The position numbers were made by a program, and so were the translations under genes. A DNA stretch of 39,095 bases from a virus (taxonomy: Duplodnaviria; Caudoviricetes), in IMG/VR virus record IMGVR_UViG_3300016665_000018, positions 1-39,095 of that record; one strand, written 5' to 3'. Below the pieces are notes generated by a model. That model made no database searches. It saw nothing but the letters and a program-made list of their open reading frames with translations, and had not been told where the DNA came from. This document shows, in pieces, positions 8,695 to 17,942 of this stretch. Position 1 is the first letter of the stretch; each line of letters begins with the position of its first letter.

Positions 8695-8709
8695 AGGAGA
8701 AATAACTAA

Positions 8710-9036
8710 ATGGCTAAAAAAGTCCTTGGGCAATCAAACCCATCTGCGACAACACTAACAACCCTATACACAGTACCATCAGGTAAGGAAGCAGTAGTAT
8801 CAACAATCTCTGTTGCTAACCTGACTTCAACTGCTGCGACTTTCCGTCTTGCAGTACGTCCTGCTGGTGCATCAATTACCAATGCTCATTATATTGGTTA
8901 TGATATTACAGTGGGCGCATCTGACTCAACATTAATTACTGTAGGTATAACACTTGCAGCGTCAGATGTAATCTCAGTATATGCATCTACAGCAAACCTA
9001 GCATTCCAAGCATTTGGAGATGAGGCTACCGTATAA
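8710..9036 (+). CDS. Tail/fibre-associated beta-sandwich protein
   Basis: SD AAGGAG; TTLYTVP motif; tail module context. Confidence 0.65.
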   Translation: MAKKVLGQSNPSATTLTTLYTVPSGKEAVVSTISVANLTSTAATFRLAVRPAGASITNAHYIGYDITVGASDSTLITVGITLAASDVISVYASTANLAFQAFGDEATV

Positions 9037-9866
9037 TGGCAATAAGAAGTCTAAAGACATCAGTTCTTAGCCCAAGCTTACTTGCTGGTAATCCTGCATT
9101 TATACCTTTTGAATTTTTAGTAATTGCAGGAGGTGGCGGAGGTGGTGCTAACCAAGGCAAAGGTGGCGGTGCTGGTGGTTATCGCTCAACTGTAGTTGGT
9201 GAATCTTCAGGTGGTGGAGCGAGCGCAGAAAATAAAGTTTCTTTTGTGACTGGCACAACTTATACGATAACCGTTGGTGCTGGTGGTACTAGTGGTGGTA
9301 CTGGAAGCCCAGCTTTGTGTGGATTAAAAGGCGCTGATTCATCTATATCAGGAACTGGAATTACAACAGTAACCTCAACTGGAGGCGGAGGTGGAGGAGC
9401 CTGGACTGGTTCTTCTAACTTTGCAACCTGGGATGCTGGCGGTAAGAATGGTGGCTCCGGTGGCGGAGGAGGCGGTTCTGGAACTACTGGACAAGGTTAT
9501 AATGGTGGAAGCCAATCAGGTGGTGGAGCTGGAGCAGCAGGTGGAGATAACGTAAACTCTGCTGGAGGCGCTGGCGTTGCTTCATCTATTACTGGAAGTT
9601 CTGTTACCCGTGCTGGTGGTGGTAATGCATACGACAATGCAACTGGCGCAGGTGGAGGTGGAGGTGGTTCACAGAGTGGAACTGCAAACACTGGCGGTGG
9701 AGGTGGTGCTTGGAATGGTACTGGCTCTGCTGGTAATGGTGGTTCAGGTGTTGTAATTATTAGAGCACCTTTTGCAGCAGCATCTACAACTGGCTCACCA
9801 ACTTACACTACATCTGGTTCTTGGCATATTTATCAATTTACTGGAAGTGGGAGTATTACATACTAA
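9036..9866 (+). CDS. Glycine-rich tail/receptor-binding protein
   Basis: LVIAGGGGGG...GGGGAGG...YTITVGAGG...GGSGVVIIR glycine-rich domain. Confidence 0.75.
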   Translation: MAIRSLKTSVLSPSLLAGNPAFIPFEFLVIAGGGGGGANQGKGGGAGGYRSTVVGESSGGGASAENKVSFVTGTTYTITVGAGGTSGGTGSPALCGLKGADSSISGTGITTVTSTGGGGGGAWTGSSNFATWDAGGKNGGSGGGGGGSGTTGQGYNGGSQSGGGAGAAGGDNVNSAGGAGVASSITGSSVTRAGGGNAYDNATGAGGGGGGSQSGTANTGGGGGAWNGTGSAGNGGSGVVIIRAPFAAASTTGSPTYTTSGSWHIYQFTGSGSITY

Positions 9867-10228
9867 TGGCACACTTTGCACAACTAGACAATGACAATAA
9901 AGTCACACAAGTAATTGTAGTAGCTAATGAAGAACTACTACTTGATGGAGTTGAAAGCGAAATCAAGGGTATCCTGTTCTGCAAGTCACTCTTTGGTGAA
10001 GACACCAAGTGGGTTCAGACTTCCTACAATGGCACTATCCGTAAGAACTATGCAGGCATTGGTTATGCCTATGATGTTGACAAAGATGCGTTTATAGCAC
10101 CTCAGCCGTATCCTTCTTGGACACTAGATGCTGACGCTAAGTGGCAGCCTCCAGTTGCTATGCCAACTGACGGCAAGATGTATGCCTGGAATGAGGCAAC
10201 CCTATCTTGGGATGAGGTAGTAGCCTAA
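9866..10228 (+). CDS. Conserved phage protein accompanying Gly-rich fibre genes (possible assembly chaperone)
   Basis: Start at TAATG 9866; MAHFAQLD..WVQTSYN..RKNYAGIGY..PQPYPSW..W. Confidence 0.7.
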   Translation: MAHFAQLDNDNKVTQVIVVANEELLLDGVESEIKGILFCKSLFGEDTKWVQTSYNGTIRKNYAGIGYAYDVDKDAFIAPQPYPSWTLDADAKWQPPVAMPTDGKMYAWNEATLSWDEVVA

Positions 10229-10791
10229 TGGCTGTAGTTAGCATAAAGAACAAACTACGCAGAGGTAATCTGCTGGTGGGTAATGACCCGTTCATACCTT
10301 CTGACTATGAGTCAATCGCTACTGTTGCGGTAACAAGCAATACGACAACCATTACTTTTTCGTCTATTCCTCAGACTTACGCTCATTTACAAATTCGTGG
10401 AATAGCTAGAACGAATAGAAACTCCACTATTGATTCATATCAAATAAATCTAAATGGAAACGTCAATACAAAAACACACGAATTGATTGGAGATGGTTCG
10501 TCAGCCACAGCCAGTTCAGGAAATGTGGCCAACGGTATTGTTCCCGGCAATAACGCTACCGCAAATGTTTTTGGAGCATTTGTTAGTGATATTCTAGATT
10601 ATTCAAATACAAATAAAAACAAAACCATTAGAAGTCTTGTCGGTTATGACGCAAATGGCAGCGGACAAATCAATTTTACATCTAGTTTTTATGACTCAAC
10701 TGCGGCTATTACCTCAATAACTATAAATCTTGGAACGAGCAACTCTTATGTTGCCAACTCCCACTTCGCCCTCTACGGAATAAAGGGGTAA
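10228..10791 (+). CDS. Tail-associated beta protein, paralog 1
   Basis: YESIAT..FSSIPQTY..DYSNTNKNKT..AITSI..LYGIK. Confidence 0.7.
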   Translation: MAVVSIKNKLRRGNLLVGNDPFIPSDYESIATVAVTSNTTTITFSSIPQTYAHLQIRGIARTNRNSTIDSYQINLNGNVNTKTHELIGDGSSATASSGNVANGIVPGNNATANVFGAFVSDILDYSNTNKNKTIRSLVGYDANGSGQINFTSSFYDSTAAITSITINLGTSNSYVANSHFALYGIKG

Positions 10792-10794
10792 CCA

Positions 10795-11313
10795 ATGCCA
10801 ATGACATATGAGCCAATAGCAACAACTACGCTAAGTAGCGCACAAGGGTCGGTTACTTTCTCATCAATTAGTGGTAATTATACTGATTTAGTTTTAATAA
10901 CTGTCACAACAGGGGACAGAGCGTCAAATGTTGATTCTTTAGCGATTCGTTTTAACTCTGATACTGGTTCAAACTATTCCTATACCTATATGGCAGGAGA
11001 AGTAAACACTGGCGCAATCTCTGGTAGAGCAAGCAATCAAACAAATATATGGTGCGGTAACTTTACATCTAATAATATTGATAATCCTTCTTCAGTAATT
11101 ATTCAAATCCAAAACTACTCAAATACAACAACAAATAAAACAACACTATCTAGAGGCAATCCAATGGCTGGTGGTGGATATACTGCGGTAAACGCTAATG
11201 TTGGTTTATGGCGTAATACCGCAGCAATTACATCTGTTACAGTTCGTTCTGAAACTGGAAACAACTTCAAAAGCGGCTCAACCTTCACTCTCTACGGCAT
11301 AAAGGCGGCATAA
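10795..11313 (+). CDS. Tail-associated beta protein, paralog 2
   Basis: YEPIAT..FSSISGNYTDL..NYSNTTTNKT..AITSV..LYGIK. Confidence 0.7.
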   Translation: MPMTYEPIATTTLSSAQGSVTFSSISGNYTDLVLITVTTGDRASNVDSLAIRFNSDTGSNYSYTYMAGEVNTGAISGRASNQTNIWCGNFTSNNIDNPSSVIIQIQNYSNTTTNKTTLSRGNPMAGGGYTAVNANVGLWRNTAAITSVTVRSETGNNFKSGSTFTLYGIKAA

Positions 11314-11831
11314 TGCCTACTACATATAACAAGATAGCGACTGTGACTGTGGGCTCAGGCGGAGCGTCTAATATAGAGTTTACCAGCATCCCTGGAACTT
11401 ATACTGACCTAGCAATTTTCGTAAGCGGTAGGTATACTGGTGGCGGAACACAAGCAACTTTATGGATTTCAGCAATAAATGGAAGCACTAGCAATCTTAC
11501 AAATAGATGGTTGAGAGGTTCTGGTTCTGGGACTTTTACTTCTACTGATGCAAGTGGTGGTATTTATGTTGGTCAAGCAAATGGTTCTAGTTCAACTAGT
11601 AATACATTTACAAACGTATTTATTTACATACCAAACTATACAGCAAGTGCAAACAAATCTATCTCAATAGATGCGGTTCAAGAAAACAATCAAACCGAAG
11701 CATATATGAGCATAACTGCTGGTCTTTGGTCTAATACAGCAGCAATTACATCTATTACCATAGACCCAGATGGCACTAATACATTTGCTCAATATTCATC
11801 TGCCACCCTTTACGGAATCAAAAACTCATAG
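11313..11831 (+). CDS. Tail-associated beta protein, paralog 3
   Basis: YNKIAT..FTSIPGTYTDL..NYTASANKS..AITSI..LYGIK. Confidence 0.7.
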   Translation: MPTTYNKIATVTVGSGGASNIEFTSIPGTYTDLAIFVSGRYTGGGTQATLWISAINGSTSNLTNRWLRGSGSGTFTSTDASGGIYVGQANGSSSTSNTFTNVFIYIPNYTASANKSISIDAVQENNQTEAYMSITAGLWSNTAAITSITIDPDGTNTFAQYSSATLYGIKNS

Positions 11832-11840
11832 GAGATAACA

Positions 11841-12065
11841 ATGCCAACCAAACTAATCGTAGACTGCTCAACTGGTGAGACTACTGAGGTAGAACTCACT
11901 GCCGAAGAGGTAGCACAGATGGAAGCAGATGCAGCAGCATACGCTGAAGCAAAGGCTGCAGAAGAAGCAGAAGCAGCAGCAAAGGCAGCAGCCAAGGCTG
12001 CAGCCGAAGCCAAACTAGCAGCACTTGGATTGACTGCAGACGAAATCGCAGCACTAAGCAAGTAA
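11841..12065 (+). CDS. Small Ala/Glu-rich helical protein
   Basis: SD AGGAG; ELTAEE...KLAALGLTADE. Confidence 0.7.
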   Translation: MPTKLIVDCSTGETTEVELTAEEVAQMEADAAAYAEAKAAEEAEAAAKAAAKAAAEAKLAALGLTADEIAALSK

Positions 12066-12080
12066 AGAAAGTAGGGGACA

Positions 12081-12803
12081 ATGATACAAAAGAATGAAAC
12101 AGTAGCTGTCGGTTGGTGCGACAATGGCACCACCGATGGCAAGTTTACAGAAGGTTTAATGACAGCAGTCCTTGCAGGACCTGCTAATGGTATGACTATT
12201 AGTACCAGTATCCGAGTTCAGGGTAATCAGATTGGCAGACAACGTCAAGTATTGTTTGACCATTGGGCAGACAAGCTTAAGACTGACTGGCTACTATGGG
12301 TTGACTCGGACATTGTGCTGAACCTGGATTCAATGCAGAAGCTATGGAAGACAGCTGACAAGGTCAACCGACCAGTAGTCAGCGGTGTGTACTTCATCTC
12401 TAAAGAGAATGAAGGCACACTAATGAAGCCATACCCCGTGCTATTCAACGATGTATCTGAATATCAGATTCAGTATGTGCATCCTTTGCCAGAGGATGAA
12501 GTAATTAAGATTGACAATGCAGGCTTTGGCTTTGTGCTTATGCACAAGTCTATTGTCCCTAAGATTCGTGAAGCTAACCCTGGTAAGGGTATGTTTATGG
12601 AGACTGGCGATGGCGAGGACGACCATTTCATAGGCGAAGATATTATCTTCTTCCGCCGTATGAAAGCAGCTGGTATTCCACTACACGCCCATACTGGCGC
12701 AGTAGTAAAACATATGAAGCGGTTTAGTCTTGACTTTGACTATTACGCTATGTATTGGACTAACGACCATTTAAAGAAACAACTTCAACAGCAAGGAGAG
12801 TAA
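12081..12803 (+). CDS. GT-A fold glycosyltransferase-like protein
   Basis: DWLLWVDSD (DxD), VVSGVY, GFGFVLM, GEDIIFF, HTG..KH motifs. Confidence 0.8.
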   Translation: MIQKNETVAVGWCDNGTTDGKFTEGLMTAVLAGPANGMTISTSIRVQGNQIGRQRQVLFDHWADKLKTDWLLWVDSDIVLNLDSMQKLWKTADKVNRPVVSGVYFISKENEGTLMKPYPVLFNDVSEYQIQYVHPLPEDEVIKIDNAGFGFVLMHKSIVPKIREANPGKGMFMETGDGEDDHFIGEDIIFFRRMKAAGIPLHAHTGAVVKHMKRFSLDFDYYAMYWTNDHLKKQLQQQGE

Positions 12804-14789
12804 GTGGCTGGGAGAGATATTACAGAAGGTCGCTCTAGTAGAGCGATTGCTGTAGATGTTGGTGTAGTTGCTACCGATTCTATTTGGCAGAACACAGATA
12901 TTGCCTATGATACAGCTATAGGTGGTATGCCGTTTATTTATGCAATTAGTGACCAACGTCCATATGTCCGACAGACAGCTCCTTATCGTAAAGAACAGTT
13001 TGATAATCAGACCGAGCCAGGTGAGCAGTCGCTCACTGGTTGGTGGATTAGAAGCCAGTCCTCGTTTCAAGACGGGACTGGCATTACTTTTTATGACCCT
13101 GCTTTAATTCCTGGCGAAGGTACTTACCAGTTTGCAGATAGTCGTGGTGTTAATGTATGGAAACCAGGAGAGGTAACTTTACTTAATAACACAGCTAGTA
13201 CTCACGAAACTACTGGCAAAATTAAATCTAATGGTAGACCATTTCAATTGGCTCGTACAATTCAATGGTCAGGTACTGATGGCATTCTACTTAAAGATGA
13301 GTATGATGTAGATAAGATTGCAGTAGATGGCACACTAACTCACTTTGTAGATTATAACTCTGGCTCTGACTATCCTGTTTATGCTATTTGTGATGATGGT
13401 GTCAATGCTTATTGGGTAACCAACGTACTGGATTCGGGTACTCCTAGACTACGTGTTTACAAGAAACCGTTAACTGGTACTTCATCTACCACAGCAACTT
13501 TAACTATTAGCGATAACAGCATTACAGTATCTGAAGGTGTAATGGAATACGTTAAAGACCGTATTGTTATGGCTATTAATAATAAGATATTTGAGTTTCC
13601 AGCTAGTGCAACTACCTTACCTAGCGCTGTTTATACACACGCAGATACTGATGTGGTATTTACTAGTATTACTGCATCTGGTACTGCTATTTATGTAGCT
13701 GGCTTTAGTGGAGTACAGTCATTTATATATAAGTTTGTTTTAGTTACAAGCACTGGTTCTATGCCTACTTTAACTTCTGCTATTACTGCAGCTGAAATGC
13801 CAGTTGGTGAGAAGATATACAAGATTGAATCTTATCTAGGGTATATGTTAATTGGCACTAGCAAGGGTGTAAGAGTAGCTACTTTTGATGATGCTGGTTC
13901 TATAACTTATGGTCCACTTATGGTGGAGACTAGCCAACCTGTATATGATTTTGCTTTCCGTGATAGATTTGCTTGGGCTGCTACTGGTGTAGGTGGAGAA
14001 GCTGGTGTTATCCGTATAGATTTGGGCAATGATTTAGGTGGCTTACGCTTTGCCTATGCTAATGATTTGTGGACAGACAACGGAGTAACAGGACATCAAA
14101 CTACAGCTTGCGCCTTTAATGGCGCAACAGACAGACTTACATTTGTAACTACAGCTACAACATCAGCCAGCGGTAGTATTAACATAGAATCAGCAGGCAC
14201 AAAATTAACAGATGGATACCTAACCACAGGTTACATTAGATACAATACATTAGAACCTAAGAACTTCAAACGCCTTATCGGCAGAGGTGATTTTACCTAT
14301 GGTTCTATGACATTAGAAACTGTAGATACAGCAGGTACTGAGTATGACTTGGTTACTTACGATTCTTCAGTTCCACCAGTAGAAGTAACTACTAGCCAAC
14401 CATCAGGTGCACAAGAATACTTAGCTTACAAGTTTATTCTTTATAGAGATGGTACAGACAATACTAAAGGTCCTATATTCAAGGGCTATCAGGCAAAGGC
14501 TACAATCGCTACACCTCGTCAACGAGTAATTAAGTTTCCTGTCTTTTGCTACGACGTTGAGACAGACAAATACAATGTAATGGTTGGCTATGAAGGTCGT
14601 GCTAAAGACCGTATAGCTCAGCTAGAAGACATTGAATCAAATGGTGATGTCGTAACTTGGCAGGACTTACAGACTGGCGAATCACGTCAGGTTGTAATTG
14701 AACAAATCACATTTAATAGATTGACTCCGCCAGACAGGGGGTTCTCTGGCTATGGTGGAATCGTTGACATACTTATAAGGACTGTATAA
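12804..14789 (+). CDS. Putative tail nozzle (tail tubular protein B-like beta-propeller)
   Basis: 661 aa, beta-rich, with GYLTTG and KNFKRL motifs near the C-terminus; last tail gene before lysis genes. Confidence 0.6.
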   Translation: MAGRDITEGRSSRAIAVDVGVVATDSIWQNTDIAYDTAIGGMPFIYAISDQRPYVRQTAPYRKEQFDNQTEPGEQSLTGWWIRSQSSFQDGTGITFYDPALIPGEGTYQFADSRGVNVWKPGEVTLLNNTASTHETTGKIKSNGRPFQLARTIQWSGTDGILLKDEYDVDKIAVDGTLTHFVDYNSGSDYPVYAICDDGVNAYWVTNVLDSGTPRLRVYKKPLTGTSSTTATLTISDNSITVSEGVMEYVKDRIVMAINNKIFEFPASATTLPSAVYTHADTDVVFTSITASGTAIYVAGFSGVQSFIYKFVLVTSTGSMPTLTSAITAAEMPVGEKIYKIESYLGYMLIGTSKGVRVATFDDAGSITYGPLMVETSQPVYDFAFRDRFAWAATGVGGEAGVIRIDLGNDLGGLRFAYANDLWTDNGVTGHQTTACAFNGATDRLTFVTTATTSASGSINIESAGTKLTDGYLTTGYIRYNTLEPKNFKRLIGRGDFTYGSMTLETVDTAGTEYDLVTYDSSVPPVEVTTSQPSGAQEYLAYKFILYRDGTDNTKGPIFKGYQAKATIATPRQRVIKFPVFCYDVETDKYNVMVGYEGRAKDRIAQLEDIESNGDVVTWQDLQTGESRQVVIEQITFNRLTPPDRGFSGYGGIVDILIRTV

Positions 14790-14993
14790 ATGACTCCTGC
14801 TGACTGGGCTAAATTAGCCGTTGCATTAATAACTATCTTTGGCGCACACGCTGGGCTAGTTAAATTCCTAACTAAACATTATCTATCTGAACTTAAACCA
14901 AACGGCGGTTCCAGTCTTAAGGACAAGGTTAATGCGTTAGAAGATAAAGTAGATTTATTAACTGAACTGGTGAAAGAATCTTTGAGGAGATGA
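14790..14993 (+). CDS. Membrane protein (holin/lysis accessory-like)
   Basis: N-terminal TM helix, PNGGSSLKD motif and coiled coil; upstream of the endolysin. Confidence 0.6.
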   Translation: MTPADWAKLAVALITIFGAHAGLVKFLTKHYLSELKPNGGSSLKDKVNALEDKVDLLTELVKESLRR

Positions 14994-14999
14994 AAGAGT

Positions 15000-15527
15000 A
15001 TGAAGAAAGCTGTAGTCGGGAAAGCCACACCTGCTGCAATCGCTCTGTTGCGACAGGCGACTGCCATTGCTCCGAAGCGTATGAAGGCGAGCGATGGACT
15101 GCTACCTTCTGCTGCTCACCTCAAAGTAAGTCCGAATTCGGACCACAATACTGGGCTAGCAGTAGACCTGACGCACGACCCGAAGAATGGAATAGACTGT
15201 GAGCTCATCTTTGAAAAACTTAAAGAGGATGAACGCGTTAATTACCTTATCTTCAAAGGGAAAATCTGGTCACGTCAAAGGCGCAAAGAAGGTAACAGAA
15301 AGTACACTGGTAGTAATCCTCACAATAAGCACCTTCACGTTAGTATTAATAGCACTCACAGTGATGACACTAGCCCTTGGTTCTGGTGGCTAGACCAGCC
15401 TAAAGTTCTCAATCAAGTAAAAGCTAAACTACAACCTACTCCTAAAAAGAAAGTTGTAGTTGAACCTGTTGCTGTGTGTACCTGTTGTAAGGTGCACGGG
15501 ATTGGGAGTAACCGAAAGGAAAAATAA
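15000..15527 (+). CDS. Putative endolysin, Zn peptidase (LAS/M15-like)
   Basis: SDHNTGLAVD (H-x6-D) and HNKHLHVS (HxH) motifs; lies between two membrane genes. Confidence 0.7.
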   Translation: MKKAVVGKATPAAIALLRQATAIAPKRMKASDGLLPSAAHLKVSPNSDHNTGLAVDLTHDPKNGIDCELIFEKLKEDERVNYLIFKGKIWSRQRRKEGNRKYTGSNPHNKHLHVSINSTHSDDTSPWFWWLDQPKVLNQVKAKLQPTPKKKVVVEPVAVCTCCKVHGIGSNRKEK

Positions 15528-15713
15528 ATGGAAACATTAAAGCAAGTATCTCTAACTTGGTTCCGCGCTGCAGCTTCTGCTGCTATTGCGCTATACCTAG
15601 CAGGAGAAACTGACCTAAAGACACTTGGAATGGCAGCACTTGCTGGTTTCTTGGGTCCTGTTCTTAAGTACCTAGACTCATCAGCGTCTGAGTTCGGCAA
15701 GGGCGCTAAGTAA
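15528..15713 (+). CDS. Putative holin
   Basis: 61 aa with two hydrophobic segments; follows the endolysin. Confidence 0.65.
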   Translation: METLKQVSLTWFRAAASAAIALYLAGETDLKTLGMAALAGFLGPVLKYLDSSASEFGKGAK

Positions 15714-15722
15714 TACAGTAAT

Positions 15723-15776
15723 AAAAGAGACCCCTCTACCTAGTCCGATATAGGTAGGGGGGTCCTTTTGTATTTT
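15723..15776 (+). terminator. Intrinsic terminator between the convergent arms (probably bidirectional)
   Basis: AAAA..GACCCCTCTACCTA-loop-TAGGTAGGGGGGTC-CTTTTGTATTTT. Confidence 0.85.
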
Positions 15777-15803
15777 CTGGCAGTCTTCCCCTTACTGTCA
15801 GAA
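15775..15803 (+). other. Hairpin with pyrimidine (anti-SD-like) loop CTTCCCCTT
   Basis: TTCTGGCAGT/ACTGTCAGAA 10-bp stem with a G.U pair on the + strand. Confidence 0.5.
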
Positions 15804-15808
15804 ATCTA

Positions 15809-16192
15809 TTATATCTTAACTCCTTGACTTATATCTATAAAACCCACAGCTTTAATTACTTTTTTTGTATTAGTAAACTCTGTAGTAGCTGGCATTAATC
15901 TGTTTGACCAGGCTGGTTCTGGTATTTTACTAAGGTCAAATGACCATTGTCCCTCTGGAGTTGAGTTAATATACATAGGAATCATAGCTCTAACTTTAGC
16001 CTGAACTATTAGATGGTCATACTTGGATTTTTCTATAAGTAGTTCTGGATAGTGTTTGTATCTGCACTTTAATTCTATATACAGGTTATTCTGCTCTGAT
16101 GTGCAGTCAAAGCAGTCGTATGTACCAGTAGATTTGACTAGGTCTTTATATAGATTTTGCTTGACATAGTCAAACAGTTGTTTCTCATTCAT
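15809..16192 (-). CDS. PD-(D/E)XK nuclease-fold protein
   Basis: E..FD..IELKCR..LLIEKSKY. Confidence 0.65.
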   Translation of the reverse strand: MNEKQLFDYVKQNLYKDLVKSTGTYDCFDCTSEQNNLYIELKCRYKHYPELLIEKSKYDHLIVQAKVRAMIPMYINSTPEGQWSFDLSKIPEPAWSNRLMPATTEFTNTKKVIKAVGFIDISQGVKI

Positions 16193-16646
16193 TGATAATT
16201 AAGTTATGCCAATACTCAGGTCTACTTCTAGCATCATAAAAGACTACAAGGTCACGCTCTTGCGTGTCCCATCTAGTATGAAACACTGGCTCTAGATGTG
16301 CTAGCTCTCTGGCTGGCACCATACTGATACCGTCTGAGAATCTAAAGCAGATACGATGATAAGAATGTTCACTGTCTGTGTATGGTGGTGCTATTAGCAT
16401 CTGCTGTAGCTTATTAAATGGGAAGATAGCTGGCTTGCTACTGTCCGTCTTAAGCCATTTGATTTCTAAATCACCGATGTAGTTCTCTCTATTGTTGCCC
16501 CATTGTAGGCAGATGTGAAAGTCAGTAAAGTAAAAGCGGGGAGTTGCATACATTTTCCAGCCTGTGAAGTATTCAGCTAGAGCTGTTGCTGCAATCTTTT
16601 CTCTCTTGCCGTCAGCATTTACCTGACGAATAGGTTCAAGCGCCAC
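16185..16646 (-). CDS. PD-(D/E)XK nuclease-fold protein
   Basis: REKIAA..FTDF..DLEIK..FPFNKL..RFSDG. Confidence 0.55.
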   Translation of the reverse strand: MALEPIRQVNADGKREKIAATALAEYFTGWKMYATPRFYFTDFHICLQWGNNRENYIGDLEIKWLKTDSSKPAIFPFNKLQQMLIAPPYTDSEHSYHRICFRFSDGISMVPARELAHLEPVFHTRWDTQERDLVVFYDARSRPEYWHNLIINE

Positions 16647-16914
16647 GTGCTCTTATCTCCCAATCTGGCATCACAGGTTTAGCTGTCATACCTCTGTGCC
16701 TACGGATTTGTCTACGAACTGCTGTAGTTGTACCTGCCCACCAGCCTTCAACATTGTACTCAAGTGCATACTCAAGACACTCTGCTTTAGCTGGGCAACC
16801 TGCACAAATTCTAATTAGTGATTCTTTTTGGTGATAAGTATTGCCGTTATCTGGAAACCAATCATTTGTATCTGTACCCTCACAAGCTGCTGGATTACTA
16901 AATACTGGTATCAC
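16636..16914 (-). CDS. whiB: WhiB-family Fe-S transcription factor
   Basis: Four Cys (C..WFP..ICAGCPAKAEC), LEYAL, GWWAG turn, basic tail. Confidence 0.93.
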   Translation of the reverse strand: MIPVFSNPAACEGTDTNDWFPDNGNTYHQKESLIRICAGCPAKAECLEYALEYNVEGWWAGTTTAVRRQIRRHRGMTAKPVMPDWEIRARGA

Positions 16915-17082
16915 TTAGCCTCCTGTTTTGTAGAACCCTGTACCCTTAAAGTGTACTGGGTTAGCTGTCCATAACCTAATCATTGTTTCACCGCACAACT
17001 CACAAGGCTCTGGCAAATTAGTAGTTGTTTCTTTTACTGTGCCACAAGACTTACATTTAAAATCATAGGTCGGCAATGCCAT
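16915..17082 (-). CDS. FmdB-family zinc-ribbon protein
   Basis: PTYDFKCKSCG..CELCG..FKGTGFYKT; start re-called after SD GGAGAGG. Confidence 0.85.
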   Translation of the reverse strand: MALPTYDFKCKSCGTVKETTTNLPEPCELCGETMIRLWTANPVHFKGTGFYKTGG

Positions 17083-17305
17083 CATCCTCTCCTGTTGGTG
17101 TAGGTAGTGTGACCATACTTCCACAGCTAGCACACTCTGCATCTACAAAGTAGAACGCCATCTCACCATCTACAAATCCACCTAACATTACAAAGATGTC
17201 GCAGCCACATACGCATACTTCTGTTGGCTCACCACGCAAGTCCATTGACTTGCTGTAGTCTGCTAAATGAAATAGCTCTCTTATGTCCCTACTCTGACTC
17301 ATCAT
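17063..17305 (-). CDS. Small Zn-finger protein
   Basis: CVCG..CASCG; DLRGEPT motif. Confidence 0.7.
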   Translation of the reverse strand: MMSQSRDIRELFHLADYSKSMDLRGEPTEVCVCGCDIFVMLGGFVDGEMAFYFVDAECASCGSMVTLPTPTGEDDGIADL

Positions 17306-17942
17306 CGTCCGCCATTGCTACTATGTCCTCATCTGAGAATGGCTTCCAGCCACCTAGATTTCTGATTAGTGAGTTGATGGCTCGCTGTACTTTCATACGT
17401 GCACCATCTGGGGTGGTATTTAAGTCTTTAGATATGTATGACCAGTCGTTTGAGTCTGTACTAAACCTGACCTTGAGTACATATTGCTTAGCTTCTGTTA
17501 GTTTATAGAAAGCATTGGCTATATCTGACCGTAGTACTAGCCAGTTGTTGCCGTCATTGCTTGGTTCTGACTTGCTGAACTTAAAGTTTAAATCTTTTAT
17601 CTTGGTGGGTATTTCATATGATTCAGAGATAATGCTTGGCAGGAATGCTTCAATGACTGTAGCGTCATAGTAGTACAGGTCTAAGATTTCATAGCCTACT
17701 GTCTTAGCTTTCTCACGTTCGCAGAACTTGATAGCTGCGTTGCGTAGTGACTTGGCTATTAACTTGTCCTTGTCCTTTTGGTCAAGGGCTGACCAGTCTT
17801 GGTACTTTCCTGGGTGGGTAACAAACCACAACCACAGTATCTGCTGTATGTCCTGTGCCTCAACCATTGGATACCGTCTGTGGTATTCCGAAGCTAGTGA
17901 GGCTACAAGAGCCTCATACTCAGAGAGATACCCTTGGTTCAT
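17289..17942 (-). CDS. RNA polymerase sigma-70 (ECF-like) factor
   Basis: Region 2-like (VEAQDIQQILWL..LRNAAIKFC) and region 4-like (KLTEAKQYVL..ISKDLNTT..VQRAINSL) segments. Confidence 0.75.
   Translation of the reverse strand: MNQGYLSEYEALVASLASEYHRRYPMVEAQDIQQILWLWFVTHPGKYQDWSALDQKDKDKLIAKSLRNAAIKFCEREKAKTVGYEILDLYYYDATVIEAFLPSIISESYEIPTKIKDLNFKFSKSEPSNDGNNWLVLRSDIANAFYKLTEAKQYVLKVRFSTDSNDWSYISKDLNTTPDGARMKVQRAINSLIRNLGGWKPFSDEDIVAMADDDESE

Noticed and set aside
14990-15202. 70-aa alternative-frame ORF overlapping the endolysin
   Set aside because: The endolysin frame carries the catalytic motifs; this ORF has no lipobox or TM segment to suggest a spanin
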